Source: the human T2T-CHM13v2.0 reference genome, Homo sapiens. From it: a stretch of DNA of 64,000 nt. The position numbers were made by a program, and so were the translations under genes. The notes under the pieces were generated by a model. The model ran no database searches. It worked only from the letters and a program-made list of their open reading frames with translations, and was not told where the DNA came from. The stretch lies in assembly GCF_009914755.1 (NCBI RefSeq), contig NC_060925.1; one strand, given 5' to 3'. This document shows positions 43,928-61,645 of this stretch, in pieces (within the stretch, counting starts at the first letter, position 1; each line of letters opens with the position of its first letter).

Positions 43928-44226
43928 GGCCTGATGTAGTGGCTCACACCTGTAATCCTAGCACTTTGGGAGGCTGAGGCAGGAGGATTAGTTGAACCCA
44001 GGAGTTCAAGACCAGCTTCGGCAACATAGCAAAACCCTGTCTTCATGAAAAAAAAAAAAAAAATTAGCCAGGCATGGTAGTGTGTGCCTGTAGTCCTAGC
44101 TACTCAGCAGGCTGAGGTGGGAGACTTGCTTGAGCCCAGGAGATTAAGGCTGCAGTGACCCATGATTGCACCACTGCACTCCAGCCTGGGCAACAGAGGG
44201 AGACCCTGTTTCAAAAAAATAAATAA
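43928..44226 (+). mobile_element. AluJ-like
   Basis: Sense dimer. Confidence 0.88.
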
Positions 44227-44237
44227 GAGTAGCTTAC

Positions 44238-44306
44238 CTGGAATTCATATCTGTTTGGCTCACCGTGAGTGGAAAATGCCTTTGTATGCAGGGCCAGTAA
44301 CGGTTT
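44238..44306 (-). pseudogene. Pseudo-exon, 69 nt
   Basis: ctaac branch-like motif, cactag| acceptor, CAG|gtaagc donor; [23 protein letters not shown], phase 0-0. Confidence 0.65.
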
Positions 44307-44334
44307 CTAGTGGGTTAAATGTTAGGGATGTTGA

Positions 44335-44602
44335 CTTTCTTTTTCTCCCTTCCTCCCTTCCTCCTTTCCTCCCTTCCTCCCTTCTTTTCTTTCTTTCTTT
44401 TCTTTTCTTTTCTTTTCTTTTCTTTCTTTCTTTCTCTCTCTCTTTCCTTCCTTCCTTCTTTCTTTCTTTCCTTCTTTCCTTCCTTCCTTCCTTCCTTCCT
44501 TCCTTCCTTCCTTCCTTCCTTCCTTCCTTCTTCTTCTCCTTCCTTCCTTCTTTCCTCCCTCCCTCCCTTCCACCCTTCCTCCCTTCCTTCTTTCTTTCTT
44601 CT
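44335..44602 (+). repeat. (TTCC)n/(TTTC)n polypyrimidine tract
   Basis: About 265 nt, almost entirely C/T. Confidence 0.95.
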
Positions 44603-44756
44603 ATCTATTATCATCTAATTGATAATAAGGGAGGATGACAGGTAAAAATATTTTGGGGGGTAAGCATCCTTTTTCCTGCTTGTTATCAAAACTGATATAT
44701 CATCTTTCTCTCATACAGTTTAATAAGTCTCACAGAAACTTTCATTAATAACTTAT

Positions 44757-44818
44757 CTGAATTCCTGGAGTGGTAAATGGTTGTCTGGTGGGGTTTCTAT
44801 TTGTTTGTCTCTCTTGTC
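44757..44818 (-). pseudogene. Pseudo-exon, 62 nt, donor apparently mutated
   Basis: ctctctgtgacttctaaag| acceptor; ends CAG|ataagt (GT>AT version of gtaagt); phase 1-0 frame QERQTNRNPTRQPFTTPGIQ. Confidence 0.45.
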
Positions 44819-45125
44819 CTTTAGAAGTCACAGAGAGGTTAACTATCTCAAAAATTCATGGCTGGTCAATAGTTTAGATCAGTAGCATAGCTTTATGTTT
44901 TAGAATCTTCAGAAAGGCTTTCAGAGGATCCACCGTTATTCATCCTGCTTCCAGAAATGTTTTCTGCTACTGCCGGCAAACCCTGTTTGACACTAGAGGT
45001 ACTTATAGTCCAATCTGAATGATAAGGTTGTGATAATAGCACCTACCTCTTAACTGATTGCAATGTGCTAAGCTCAGTACTGGCTGCCTTAAATTGTAAT
45101 CTCTCCATTCATCTTTGTAATATCT

Positions 45126-45465
<340 letters not shown>

Positions 45466-45703
45466 TAGTTTACATTAAAATAATACAGGTTGGATTGAGT
45501 CACACAGCTGATAAGAAAGTAGCTTAATTGGAATTTAAATGCAGGTCGGCAGATATCAAGTCCTTGACCTTGTCTCAAAAAAAAAAAAAGTAAAAACATC
45601 ATTAGTTTTATTTACCACAAATGGAAGATCAGGGAATCTGGAGGCACAGGTTTGTGTTGTAACACTCCAAATGCCTCAGCACAATGGTAGAAACTCTCCA
45701 TTA

Positions 45704-45705
<2 letters not shown>

Positions 45706-45755
<50 letters not shown>
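45706..45755 (+). repeat. (TG)25 microsatellite at the tail of an antisense Alu (45756-46056)
   Basis: Perfect dinucleotide run. Confidence 0.95.
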
Positions 45756-45756
<1 letters not shown>

Positions 45757-48409
45757 TTTTTTTGAGACAAGGTCTCACTCTGTCACCCAGGCTGGAGTGG
45801 AGTGAGGTGATCTTGGCTCACTGGAACCTTGGCCTCCCGGGCTCAAGTGATCCTCCCACCTCAGCTCCTCAAGTAGCTGGGACTATAGCCAGGCCACTTT
45901 GCCTGGCTAATTTTTGTATTTTTGATAGAGATAGTGTTTTGCCATGTTGCCCAAACTCAAACTCCTAGGCTGGTCTCAAACTCCTAAACTCAAGTGATCC
46001 ACCCACCTCGGCTTCCCAAAGTGCTGGGACTACAGGTGGGAGCCACTGCACCTGGCATGTTTTTCTGGTTTGAAAATCCCAAACTTCTTTTCTTTCATAC
46101 TTTGCTCCAGCCACACTGGATTACTCATTGTACCCCAGGTATGCCTCACATTTTTATGTAACAAATTTGGCAAGGATTTAATACATCCAAGGCACTGTAT
46201 ATTTGGGGGAGTTTAAAGAAGAATAGACATTGCATAATCTAGTGGGGATGGCATTTGTGGGCTGAGATGCTGTATTGCAGACATTAGTGTGATGAGCACT
46301 CCCCAAGAGAGGTACAGATAAAACTCTATAGGAACACAGAAGAGGAAGTGATTACGTGCGACAAAAGCAGCATGTGAGCTGGTTCTTGACTAAGAGAATT
46401 TTAGCAGGTAGAGATGGTGGAAAGCACATTCTAGGCATTCTAGACAATCCCAAAGCTATGGCATGGGAGGTGTTAACCTGTATAGGGCATGATATGTCCA
46501 GGGAAGAGCTACACTGTGTGGAAGAGGACTGGTATCACATTGAACATGGTCAAAGACAGGCTTGCAAGGTGGTGGGGGACAGATGGCCAAGGGCCTCAAA
46601 TTTCTGATAAGGAATGTGGATTTTGTTCTATAGGCCTAGACACCATTAAAATCCAAAGACTTGCCAAAGCCTCTATCCACCCTGATCTTTCTTGACTCCC
46701 CTAAGAATGCTCACCTCACTAGCACCTGATGTTTCCTGTACCTGGAAAAATGTTTCCCCAAATATCTGCACAGCCCATTCCTTTGTTTCCTGCAGGTCTT
46801 TGCCAAAATAACACTTTATCAGAAAGATTCCCCTGACTACCCTGTGTAAAATGGCACCCCCTTGCCCTGTATCCTTAAACCCAGTTTTATTCTTCTCATA
46901 GTCCTTACCACTATCTGGTATATTCTTTGTTTACCATTCTTCCCTCCCTCTTTCTTTCTCCCTGACCTGAAATATAAACTCCTTAAGGCAAGAATTCTTT
47001 TGTATATGTTTTATTCACCGCTATATTTACAACATCAAGAAGAGGGCATGGTACAAAGAAGGTGCTCAATATATATTTGTTCAATTAATGAATTAATTAA
47101 AGTTTGAATTTCCAGCCTCTGAGGCCCCTTAGAATACTTATATGTTAGCAAATTTTTCTTATTTTTAAAGGCTACATGCAAAAGATTCATCTGGATTGTT
47201 TGTTAACCAATGAGGAATACTGGTACTCTCCCTCAGAGGTAATTATGCAAATAATCCTCAGATCACATGTTTAAAACAATAAAGTGTGTCCCTTAGGACT
47301 CTCAGATAGCTAGTTATAGACAATAAAACTCAAATGGGCTCAAAAGAAAAGGAGAATCTTGTGGTTCACAAAATAAAAAATTCCATCATGTACCGCTTGA
47401 CCCAGTGATGTAACCAAATCCTGTTTCTATCCCTCTCTCCGCTCGATCTTTCATGGCTGGATTTATCCTTGGATTCCACTTGGTGGCAAAATGGCAACTA
47501 CAATTCTAGATGTTACATTTGCTCCCCACATCATGCATCAGAAAAGAACAGTGCTTTTGAACTTGGTCTCTGACACAGAGTTTGAGATTCACTCTCTCTC
47601 TCTTTGGCTCAAATTGTGTGCCTTCTTCATTCCCACCTCAGTCATTGTGACCAGTGTCAGGGGTGGACAATGCTGATTGGCCAAGCCATCCAGGGCCCAC
47701 CACTAGAGCAGAGGTGGATGAGTGAGGTTAATATGACCACAACTATGTGGTTGAAGAGCAAATGTTTCAAAGGAAAATTTAGGGTGCTATTGGAGGAAGA
47801 ATAGGAACTTGGATCCTAGGGAGGCAGCCAACACAATACCTGGCTTTGGGTATTCTCTTTCAGGTAGTTGACATTTGCTCCCCAGACTGGTGGTGATGGA
47901 CCACAACTGTGTGGACCCGTTTCTAATCTAGTTAGGTGATATTTTTGTTCCCCTTTTTTTTCTGCAGGTATTTCGAATACTCACTATGCGCCACAAATCC
48001 CCTACCTTGTCCTACTCCTTCTTAGCAAATGATTTTGACTCTAATTCATAGAGAAAATAGAATTAAACAAGTATACCATTTCTACCACCTGACCATCCAA
48101 TTCACAAACTCATTTACATTTGTGCTCATTCGTACCTAGTCCCTGGTAATCTTAAGCGTTGCAATTAGCAAACTATCCTCTGTGGGCCTGCCACATTTTT
48201 TTGTAAGAGAAAAATGTTATAGAAAGACAGTTATACTCATTTGGTTAAGTATTGCCTTTAGCAGCCAGGCGTGGTGGCTCATGCTGTTCTCCCTCAATCT
48301 ACCAGGGTGCTCAAAGATATCAGACTTAAAACAAAACAATTCTCTTGGTTCTTCGACACTCTCATGACCCTGCTCTATCTTTTATTTTCCCTTCTCATCC
48401 AAGCTTCTT

Positions 48410-50603
48410 TTTGTATATATACATATCTTTGCCATTTATTTTTTAAAATCTTATTCAAAATATTAAATAATACAGTTTCAGATTGAAAAAAATTACTGCA
48501 ATAAAACAATTCAGAGATATTTCCATTGTGCTTCCCTTCCTTGTTAGGAAAGTACACTGTCCACCCTAGAGACAGGATGGACGGCCTTCTTCCAGCTCTA
48601 CCGAAAGCACAAGCCCACTGGCTCACCTGGGCCCTGCTTAACATATATTAGGGCTTATGTTTTCTGAAATGTTGTAGTGACACTTGTAAGTCAACCATGG
48701 TTCAAATCACATATTTATGTATTGATCAGTTCTTTATTATAGAAAGATAGACACAAATGAAATATAGTAAATAATTTCCAGTTGCCATAAAAAACAAAAA
48801 CAAAAGAAAACAAGCGTGGAGGAAAAAAGGTCATTGTACACAAATATACTTTATGTATACAAACAACTTCATTCAGGTATAATTTTAATTTGAAAGACCT
48901 AGATACAGTATTATTTAAGTGATAATGGCCCATAAGATTTATTCAAATTCACTATAAAATAATAAATGGAGTAAACAAATGTGGTATAATTTTAAACTCT
49001 GCCCAGTGCTTGAAACCTTGGAGGAACCCATGCTATAATCAATTGCTAATTAAAAGCAACTGTACATGTATTTAATATTTTATCACAGTTTCTACTTCTA
49101 AATTTAACATAGTAATTCAAACCAAAAAAAATAGTATCTCTGTAACGTTTTATGTATGTCCACTGCAAGCTGCAGAGTCTCTGTTGCCAAGATTTCTTGA
49201 CACATTTAATGTTTTACCTAAAATTGTGGTCAGATTGAGCAATATCGTTATCCTAAATTATGTTTAAATTATCTAAAAATATCCAAAGCAGTTTTCTTGG
49301 AAGGAAAAAAAATATTATTCAAATGTAAAGCATTATCACACATATCCTTGTACATTACAGTTTGGGACCACAAAAAAATGTGTGGTTAAAAAATAGTATT
49401 TGAATGGCAGAGAATGAATGTGAGTCAGCAGTGACAGATATGTTAGAATTTAGTTACAGGTTTGGGATCTTTTAAAAGTAGCATCACTAATACTTCCAGA
49501 AGAAGCATAATAAATCTAAAACAATAAAAACTAACAGTGTAAATATAAGGTAATGCTTAACTCACATTTTGGACACCTGATTAAACTCAACTCTAAAAGT
49601 ACAGATCAAAAAATTATATACTCCTTGTTTATGACATTTAATTTCCAAAGCACCAAGGCAAAAGAGAGACCCACCTCTCATTTAAGTACCAATTGCCTAT
49701 GGCAAACATCTGCACAATATCATATAAAAAGTCAAGCAAATAAAATTACATAATAAGCAAACTCAAATCACAGGGCAAAAAATATAATTATTGGTAATCT
49801 TCAAAGAAGACATTGCCTCATTAACATTCTGATCTAGGCAATGGTATTCTACTGTTTTGGAACAAAGGCCATCACGCCATTTTCTGCTTTGAACTAGAAG
49901 AAAAATCTTCCTTTTTTTGTGATATGTAATGTAGACAATAGCAATGCAAAAAGCAAAAATAATAAGATGAAAAAAGAAATGGCTATCTTCCTCTTCTATA
50001 TTTGAGGATGGCATCTTAAAAGATTTCACTGACTGTTCAATTTCCATGTAACCCCTGTTTTCTTCCAAGGTGTCATCAGACTCGTCGTCATCCCTGTGGC
50101 CCGTGGTCCAGTAGTCTGGTTCCATAGTCTGTTCCATAGTCTGGTTCTCCATAATTGCCACTGTCCAGAGTGTCTTTGGCTGTGGATGGAGAACTGTTCA
50201 GCGTGAGAAGATCCTCCTCCTCTATGCTAGGATCTTCATTGTTATCAGCTTCCTCTTGAGACAGAGGTGTAGGTGAGGGATGAGGGGCCACAGATGCTCC
50301 TCCACTTTTCTCAGTATTCATTGTGGGAGGGAGGGTGGTACTGATTTGGGAAATAGAAGATTTGGTTTGTTTTTCATGTGTTAAAGCATTCACATTTGGG
50401 GTAGAAATATCTGAGTTGAGTACAGTTTGAATCAGTGAATCAGTCCATGATACAACACTGGATAGAGTGGCGGACACAAGGAGGAGCGCCAAGACCAGCG
50501 GCCGCACCAGCCCCGCAAAGGCTTGGATGGCCGACTTGGGCAGCAGTTTTGCTTGTGCGGGCCCCCTCATCCTCCTCAGGGCAGCAGCAACCATAACGGA
50601 CTC
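48410..50603 (-). pseudogene. C5orf15: Processed pseudogene of C5orf15 (KCT2, keratinocyte-associated transmembrane protein 2)
   Basis: Intronless; ATG at 50594 gives [18 protein letters not shown]..., continuing after a frameshift to [48 protein letters not shown]; long AT-rich 3' UTR, AATAAA at 48440-48435, short A remnant, TSD CCAAGCTTCTT at 48399-48409 and 50906-50916. Confidence 0.93.
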
Positions 50604-50915
<312 letters not shown>

Positions 50916-50932
50916 TAGAAGTGTTGTTTTTG

Positions 50933-51270
<338 letters not shown>

Positions 51271-51349
51271 TCACTTCTCAAACCACTTCAGTCTTCATCA
51301 TTTGCTGTTAGTTAACTAGTTAATGAGGTCAATAAGTTTAATTAATTAA

Positions 51350-53345
51350 TTAAACCATTTCATTAACTAGGTAAAATATGTGTGGGGTAACCATTATGTG
51401 CCAGGTACTGTTCTAGGCTCTGAGCAGTGACAAAATTGGCAGAAACTCTTGCTGAGTGGAATTTGTAATCTAGTGGCGAGAAAATGAACAAAATAATAAG
51501 TAAAATATCCAGTATGTTAGAAAATAACAAGTGCTGTGGAGAAAAACCAATCAAGGAAGGGAGATAGGGAGTGCTCACTGCGAACATGACGTTTGAGCAA
51601 AGAAGGTGAGTTAGTGTGCCCTTGGCAGAGGGAACAGCAAGGGTAAGAACCCTTGTATGGGAGTGTCTGGAATGTTCAAGGAACTGCAAGGACCAATATC
51701 GCTGGAGTCAATAGGAATATGGGGCAGAGTGATAGGAGATGGGGTTGGAGAAGTAACGGGGGTCTATGTTACTTACAGCCTTACATGCCATTCTAAAGAT
51801 TTTGGCTTTTGGCCGGGTGCGGTGGCTCATGCCTGTAATCCCAGCACTTTGGGAGGCTGAGGCGGGTGGATCACCTGAAGTCAAGAGTTCGAGACCAGCC
51901 TGGCCAAACTGGTGAAACCCCATCTCTACTAAAAATACAAAAAAATTATCCACGCATGGTGCTACATGCCTGTAATGCCAACTACTTGGGAGGCCGAGGC
52001 AAGAGAATCGCTTGAACCTGGGAGGCAGATGTTTCAGTGAGCTGAGATTGCACCACTGCACTCCAGCCTGGGTGACAGAGTGAGACTCCGTCTCAAGAAA
52101 ACACAACAACAGCAGATTTTGGCTTTTGTTCTGAATGATTTCACTCCAAATGATTTGGGATATCATTAAAGAGTTTTTGAGCCAAGAAGTGATATGACCT
52201 TATTTAGCATTCTAAAGGGATCCCTCTGGCTGCTCTGAGGGAAGCCAGCTAGGAGATTCTTGCAATTATTCAGAGATGATGGTGGCTTGGATATGGCACT
52301 TGCTGGAGTACTGTTCCAGTTCTGAATATATTTTGAAGATAGAGGTAACAGAGGATTGCTATAAATTAGATGTGGTATAGGACAAAGAGGGGAGTCAAGG
52401 ATAAATCCAAGGCTTTTGGCCTAAGCCACCAAAAAGGTGAAGTTGTCATCAACTGAGATGAGGAAGATTGCATAAGGACCAAGTTTTAGAGGAAAGATCA
52501 GGAATTTGTTTTGAGACACACTAAGTTTGAAAGGTCTTTTGGACATTTAAGTGAAAATGTCTAGCATACAGTTAAATATATGTCAGGAGATCAGTAGAGA
52601 GGTCAGGGTTGGAGATAAACATTTGCAAGTAAACATATAGATCACAGTTAAAAGTCATATAACTACATGACATCACAAAGGGAGTGGCTGAGATAGAGAA
52701 GTGTATAGGCTCTGAGTCCTGGGTACTCCAAATTTAAAAAGCCCAAAAAATGAGGAGAGAGTCTAAAAAAGCAGCAGCCCATGAGACAGAAGGGAAACCA
52801 AAAACCAGGATCTATGATGTCATGAAAGCCAATTAAGGAAAGTGATCAGAGGAGGAGAAAGCAAACAACGGTTAAATAGAGCCAGGTGTGGTGGCCCATG
52901 CCTGTAATCCCGGTACCTTGGAAGGCTAAGGCAAGAGGATCGTTTGAGTCTAGGAGTTTGAGACCAGTTTGTTGTCCCTGAGCAACATAGGGAGACCCCA
53001 TCTCTACGTCTTTGGTACCAGCTACCTGGGAGGATGAGATGGGAGGAGTGGTTGAGTCTGCACTGAGCCATGAGTGTGCCACTGCACTCCAGCTTTGGCA
53101 ACAGAGTGAGACCCTGTTTCAATTGATCAATCAATCAATGCTAGTAATAGGTCCAGTAAGATGAGGACTAAGAATTGGCCATTGAATTTAGCATCTTGTG
53201 GATCACTGGTGACCTTGACAAGAACATTCTGGTGGAATAGTGGGTACAGAGCCTGATTAGAGTGTGTTAAAAACACAATGAGAGGAGAAGGATTAGAGGC
53301 AGAGAAGATAGAAAAATTTTGAGGAGTTTTTGCATGAAAGGCAAC
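51350..53345. mobile_element. L2 remnant with Alus at 51811-52113 and 52880-53137 (+)
   Basis: Purine-rich L2-like sequence (ggccattgaatttagca ... cactggtgaccttgacaaga). Confidence 0.7.
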
Positions 53346-54046
53346 AGAAAAACCACATTCTATTTGAGAAAACGAAAGACAATTGTTCTTTCTGATTTTG
53401 ATTTTCTGTTATCGTTGACACTGTATGCTCCCTTCCCCTTGGCTTCCAAGACTTCCACCTGCCAATATCTGCATCTTTGTGCCTAAGAACTTCTGAATCC
53501 TGCATGCACCAAAGGAAATGCTCAGAAATTAACACCCCTAGGAGCAGCCCTCCACCAATGGGTGACAGGAGTTGGTGGATAAATATCACAGCTCCTGTGG
53601 GGATAGTTCTTAGGCTCGTGGTTTTATATCACACCAAGCCAGTGGTAGCTAGGCTCAAGGACACACCCTCTATTAGTTGCCTTCACTTCCTTGCCCCATT
53701 TCTTCACTTCCCAGATGGTTTCCTTGTACATCCCAAATAAATTACTTGCACTTGAATTCTTGTTTCAAAATCTGCTTCTTGGGGAAGCAGATTTAAATTA
53801 ATTTAAATCTTAATTTAATTTAAATTAAATTAAGACACTGTGTATTTAGGTTTAATCTAAAACTTAATAAAGCTCAAATGCACCATGCTACACAATAAAT
53901 ACTTTCAGTTTATAATTAGCATATTTGCAGTTAAAGGCCCCTTCTTAAATAATTTTGGGCAAATGCAACAAAGTCTTTAGAAAATGGAAAGACTCAGAAA
54001 GCTTCCTTTTGCAAGTAATTCCTAGGCTTCTTTTCTTTTTCTACCT

Positions 54047-56835
<2,789 letters not shown>

Positions 56836-57316
56836 ACTACCAAAAACTAAATTATTTTTAAAAGCACATTTTTTCTGGCATTTTGATGGCATTAGCACAC
56901 TATGAGCATTGCTGAATATGAGGATGAGAGCGAAAGTCTGATTTCATGCCAGGTATGTTAAATTTTGCATCTGTAATCTCTAATCAAATAAAGTCTAGGA
57001 AATTATTAATTACACAGTAATGCTTAGGGCTCATAAGTGATTTTCTTTTAAAAATACTTTATGAATGCTAATTATGCAACCTAGGATCTGTAAGGTAGAC
57101 AGATTATTTTATGGTCAGAGTAGTTATTTAACTTCTCTTGAGAGACTGATTTCTCCCAATACAACACACTCAATTACTATTAAAATATGAAACTTCTTTA
57201 TAAGTAGATAAGGATTACTGAATATTCCCTCTTTAATGTAGCTAAAGATATACTTCCCTTTTTCTACTCCTATAGAACCTAAAAATGTTACACTGTACTT
57301 CCAAAATTACTTGAGA

Positions 57317-57725
<409 letters not shown>

Positions 57726-57813
57726 TCAGTGTGTCAGTTTTGGTGTCTTTTGAGAAAAGAAAGCTCGTTTGGAGCTGCTGCTTATCATTTTCTTTTAAGA
57801 ATACCTCTTTCTT

Positions 57814-58282
57814 GTCCTTGCGATAGTTTGCTGAGAATGATGGTTTCCAGCTTCATCTATGTCCCTAAAAAGGACATGAACTCATCATTTTTTATGGCTG
57901 CATAGTATTCCGTGGTGTATATGTGCCACATTTTCTTAATCCAGTCTATCATTGTTGGACATTTGGCTTGGTTCCAAGTCTTTGCTATTGTGAATAGTGC
58001 TGCAATAAACATACGTGTGCATGTGTCAAACAAAACACTGCATGTTCTCACTCATAGGTGGGAATTGAACAATGAGAACACATGGACACAGGAAGGGGAA
58101 CGTCACACACCGGGGCCTGTTGTTGGGTGGGGAGAGAGGGGAGGGATAGCATTAGGAGATATACCTAATGTTAAATGACGAGTTAATGGGAGCAGCACAC
58201 CAACATGGCACATGTATACATATGTAACTAACCTGCACGTTGTGCACATGTACCCTAAAACTTAAAGTATAATAATAAAAAA
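57814..58282 (+). mobile_element. 5'-truncated, 5'-inverted L1PA
   Basis: Antisense 57814-58027 then sense 58028-58282 with A tail; 17-nt TSD AAGAATACCTCTTTCTT. Confidence 0.92.
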
Positions 58283-59161
58283 AAGAATACCTCTTTCTTT
58301 ATCCACATCAAAAATACCTTTTTCTTTACCTACATTTTAAGATGTTGATATTCTCCATGGCTAATTCTAGTTTTCTTCATCTCTCATTTCATACTCTCTT
58401 CCTTGGAGAAAATTTTTATTCGGAAGAGATAGACACAATGTTTACTAGGTTCTGAATACTGACCTAAACACTTCACAAACAAACTGGTTTCATTTTTATG
58501 GTGTTATGAGGTAGATACTCTTATTATCCTCATTTTATAGACTAGGAAAATGAGGCACAGAGAGGTTAGTCATTTGTCCAAGTTCTCATAAGCAGTAAGT
58601 GGAGGGATCAGGACTTGGACTCAGTCTGTCTCTAGAGGACATGCTCTTCATCACCTCACTATGCTTATCTTGTCTTTTCCGCAATGTAGATTGAGCCTAA
58701 CCTTTGGAGAATCTGAAACTTGTCAGTCAAGCCCATCTGCCTCTCCTGAGCATGAAATCTATACATTAAAGTGCTTAACATGTATTTTCATCTCATTGTC
58801 CAGCAGATACTTCAAATTCTAGATAGCACAACTGAGTTCATTTTTCCTCCCATGAATAGCCTGCACTTCTGTTTTAGAAAATGGCATCACCAGCCGGTCA
58901 GTGAAAGAGTTACAATTCTAGGAGTTATCTTTGGCTCTTCATTTCCCCCTCAACTTTTACCTACATCTGTTTTGCCTATCCTGTCAATTGTATTTCCTAC
59001 AGATGTCTTGAATTTGGCCTTCTATGCCTATTGTCATCTACCCTTATCATTTTTTTCCTGAATGACCAAGTAGCAGGGGTTCCAGTTTGTGCATAAACCA
59101 TGCCCACCATTGTAATTCATACATAGTTGGTTACAACTGATGAACTGGCAAAGAAGCCCCT

Positions 59162-59540
59162 CTGTTTTAGTCTATTTTGTGTTGCTATAGTAGAATACTT
59201 GGCTCTGGGTAATTTATAAAGAACAGAGATTTATTTCTTATAGTCCTGAAGGCTGGGAAGTCCAAGGGCAAGGGTCTCCTTGCTGCATCATCCCATGGTG
59301 AAAAGTAGAAGGAGAAAGACAGCATGACAGAGAGAGAGAAAGAACTAACTCATCTTTTCATCAAGAACTGTAGTCGTCCATCCTCACACTGCTGTAAAGA
59401 CTGGATAATTTATGAAGAAACGAGGTTTAATTGACTCACAGTTCCACAGGCTTAACAGGAATAATGACTGGGAGGCCTCAGGAAACTTACAATCATGGTG
59501 GAAAGGAGAGGAAGCAAGTACGTTCTTCACATGACAGCAT
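59162..59540 (-). mobile_element. MaLR LTR fragments (MST/MLT1A-like and THE1-like)
   Basis: ctgggtaatttataaagaacagag and gaggcctcaggaaacttacaatcatgg motifs. Confidence 0.65.
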
Positions 59541-59733
59541 GTGTGTCTGGGTTCACAAGGCCCCAGCATTCAGAGTTGGGGATGTGTAAGGCAAGGCAGG
59601 AGAGGCAGCTAGACTTGGCAATGACTTCATATCACAGACCAACCATAGGCAGTGGACACCTAGGTAACTCTTCAACCTTCTTGAAATTATGAAGGGAAGA
59701 ACTGACTAAAATAAATAACCCCTCCCCACTGAC

Positions 59734-59790
59734 CTTTAAAGGACCTAACAGTGGAAGAATTCCAACTGGACCACAGTTCTTGAGACCTAC
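59734..59790 (-). pseudogene. Pseudo-exon, 57 nt
   Basis: ttgtgttttgatctgcag| ... AAG|gtcagt; phase 1-1 frame RSQELWSSWNSSTVRSFK is open. Confidence 0.5.
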
Positions 59791-59961
59791 CTGCAGATCA
59801 AAACACAAATGAAAGTTTTGCAGCTCTTCACTATTGCAGAGGTTCAGGGGAAGGGATGATGTTTGCCAAGCAGATAAAATTAGAAGAATTCAGGATACAA
59901 TATGAAGGCAGAGAGGCAAGTCATGTGGATTGACTGGATGTGGCGGTTAGATTAAAGGTGA

Positions 59962-60284
<323 letters not shown>

Positions 60285-60932
60285 TAAGCAATTGGATGAA
60301 TGATGGTAGTATGTACTGACCTGGCTAAGTCTGGAGGAGGAAGAGGTTTAGGGACAGAAATCAAAGTTCTGACCAGGAACAGTTAAAGTGATAGGAAAGA
60401 ATTAGCTTGGAAAATCAGCGGTCTTCTTGTCAAATTTTATGTGTGTGTGTGTCTTCCTGCCAGCAAGCGGGTAATATTTGGTTAATGATGCTCCATGAAC
60501 TAAAGTCACTTTCAGAGAAATGCTTTAAATGGCAGTGATGAGCTAAAGTCCATCAGGAAAACCTGACTAAGCAAACTGTCCCAGAGCACCAGGAAAGGCA
60601 CCATGATACATAGACAGATAGAGCTTGTTAGATAAGAATTATATCTCCACACTGGTGAATGGTTTTTCACTTAAGAGGAGATGAGCAAGGCTGGGATTGG
60701 CTGCCCCTGTGGGGACCCAGGGCACATGTCATGTAGTGCTGGTCTGATTTTTTTTCTTTTTATTCCATATACCTTAAGGACCATTGACTTGCCCTCTACA
60801 ATGTAAAATAATCAAATCATTCACATTAATTTATTATTTCTAAAAGTTTTTAAAGAAGGTTTTTAGAAATCAAGTTCTTACATATGCCAAATTACTTTTG
60901 TTAGTTAATTATAATATATTTTTAAAGTGTAA

Positions 60933-61247
<315 letters not shown>

Positions 61248-61645
61248 TAATTCTTATATATTCTATTTTTTACATTTGCTTAGGGTCCTTTTACTCAAAA
61301 TAGTTACAATTTAGAAGTTATCTATATTATCTTATCTACATTTATCACCAACACAGGCAAATTAAATTTCAGGAATCTAAGACAATTCTTCCCATTAAGT
61401 ACTTAATCATGTTCTGCAAAAACCAGGCAAGTTGTATTTTGTCTTTTTAATGGTGAGAGGTAAAAAGAAAGAATGAAACATGCTATTGTGGGCGTTTGTC
61501 TACATTCCCATTATAATTCTGATTTTGGGGGGATTCATGGAGTAAAGTCCAATCTATTTACAATTAGTTAAACAATTTTGCAGACTCTTTCTGTCAATTT
61601 TTAAAATCCCAGCCTGGGGATTTTAGGCTTTTCCTCATTAATGTA

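Noticed and set aside
44162-44638. Four overlapping ORFs rich in LPSF or EGRK
   Set aside because: Artefacts of the stop-free (TTCC)n tract.
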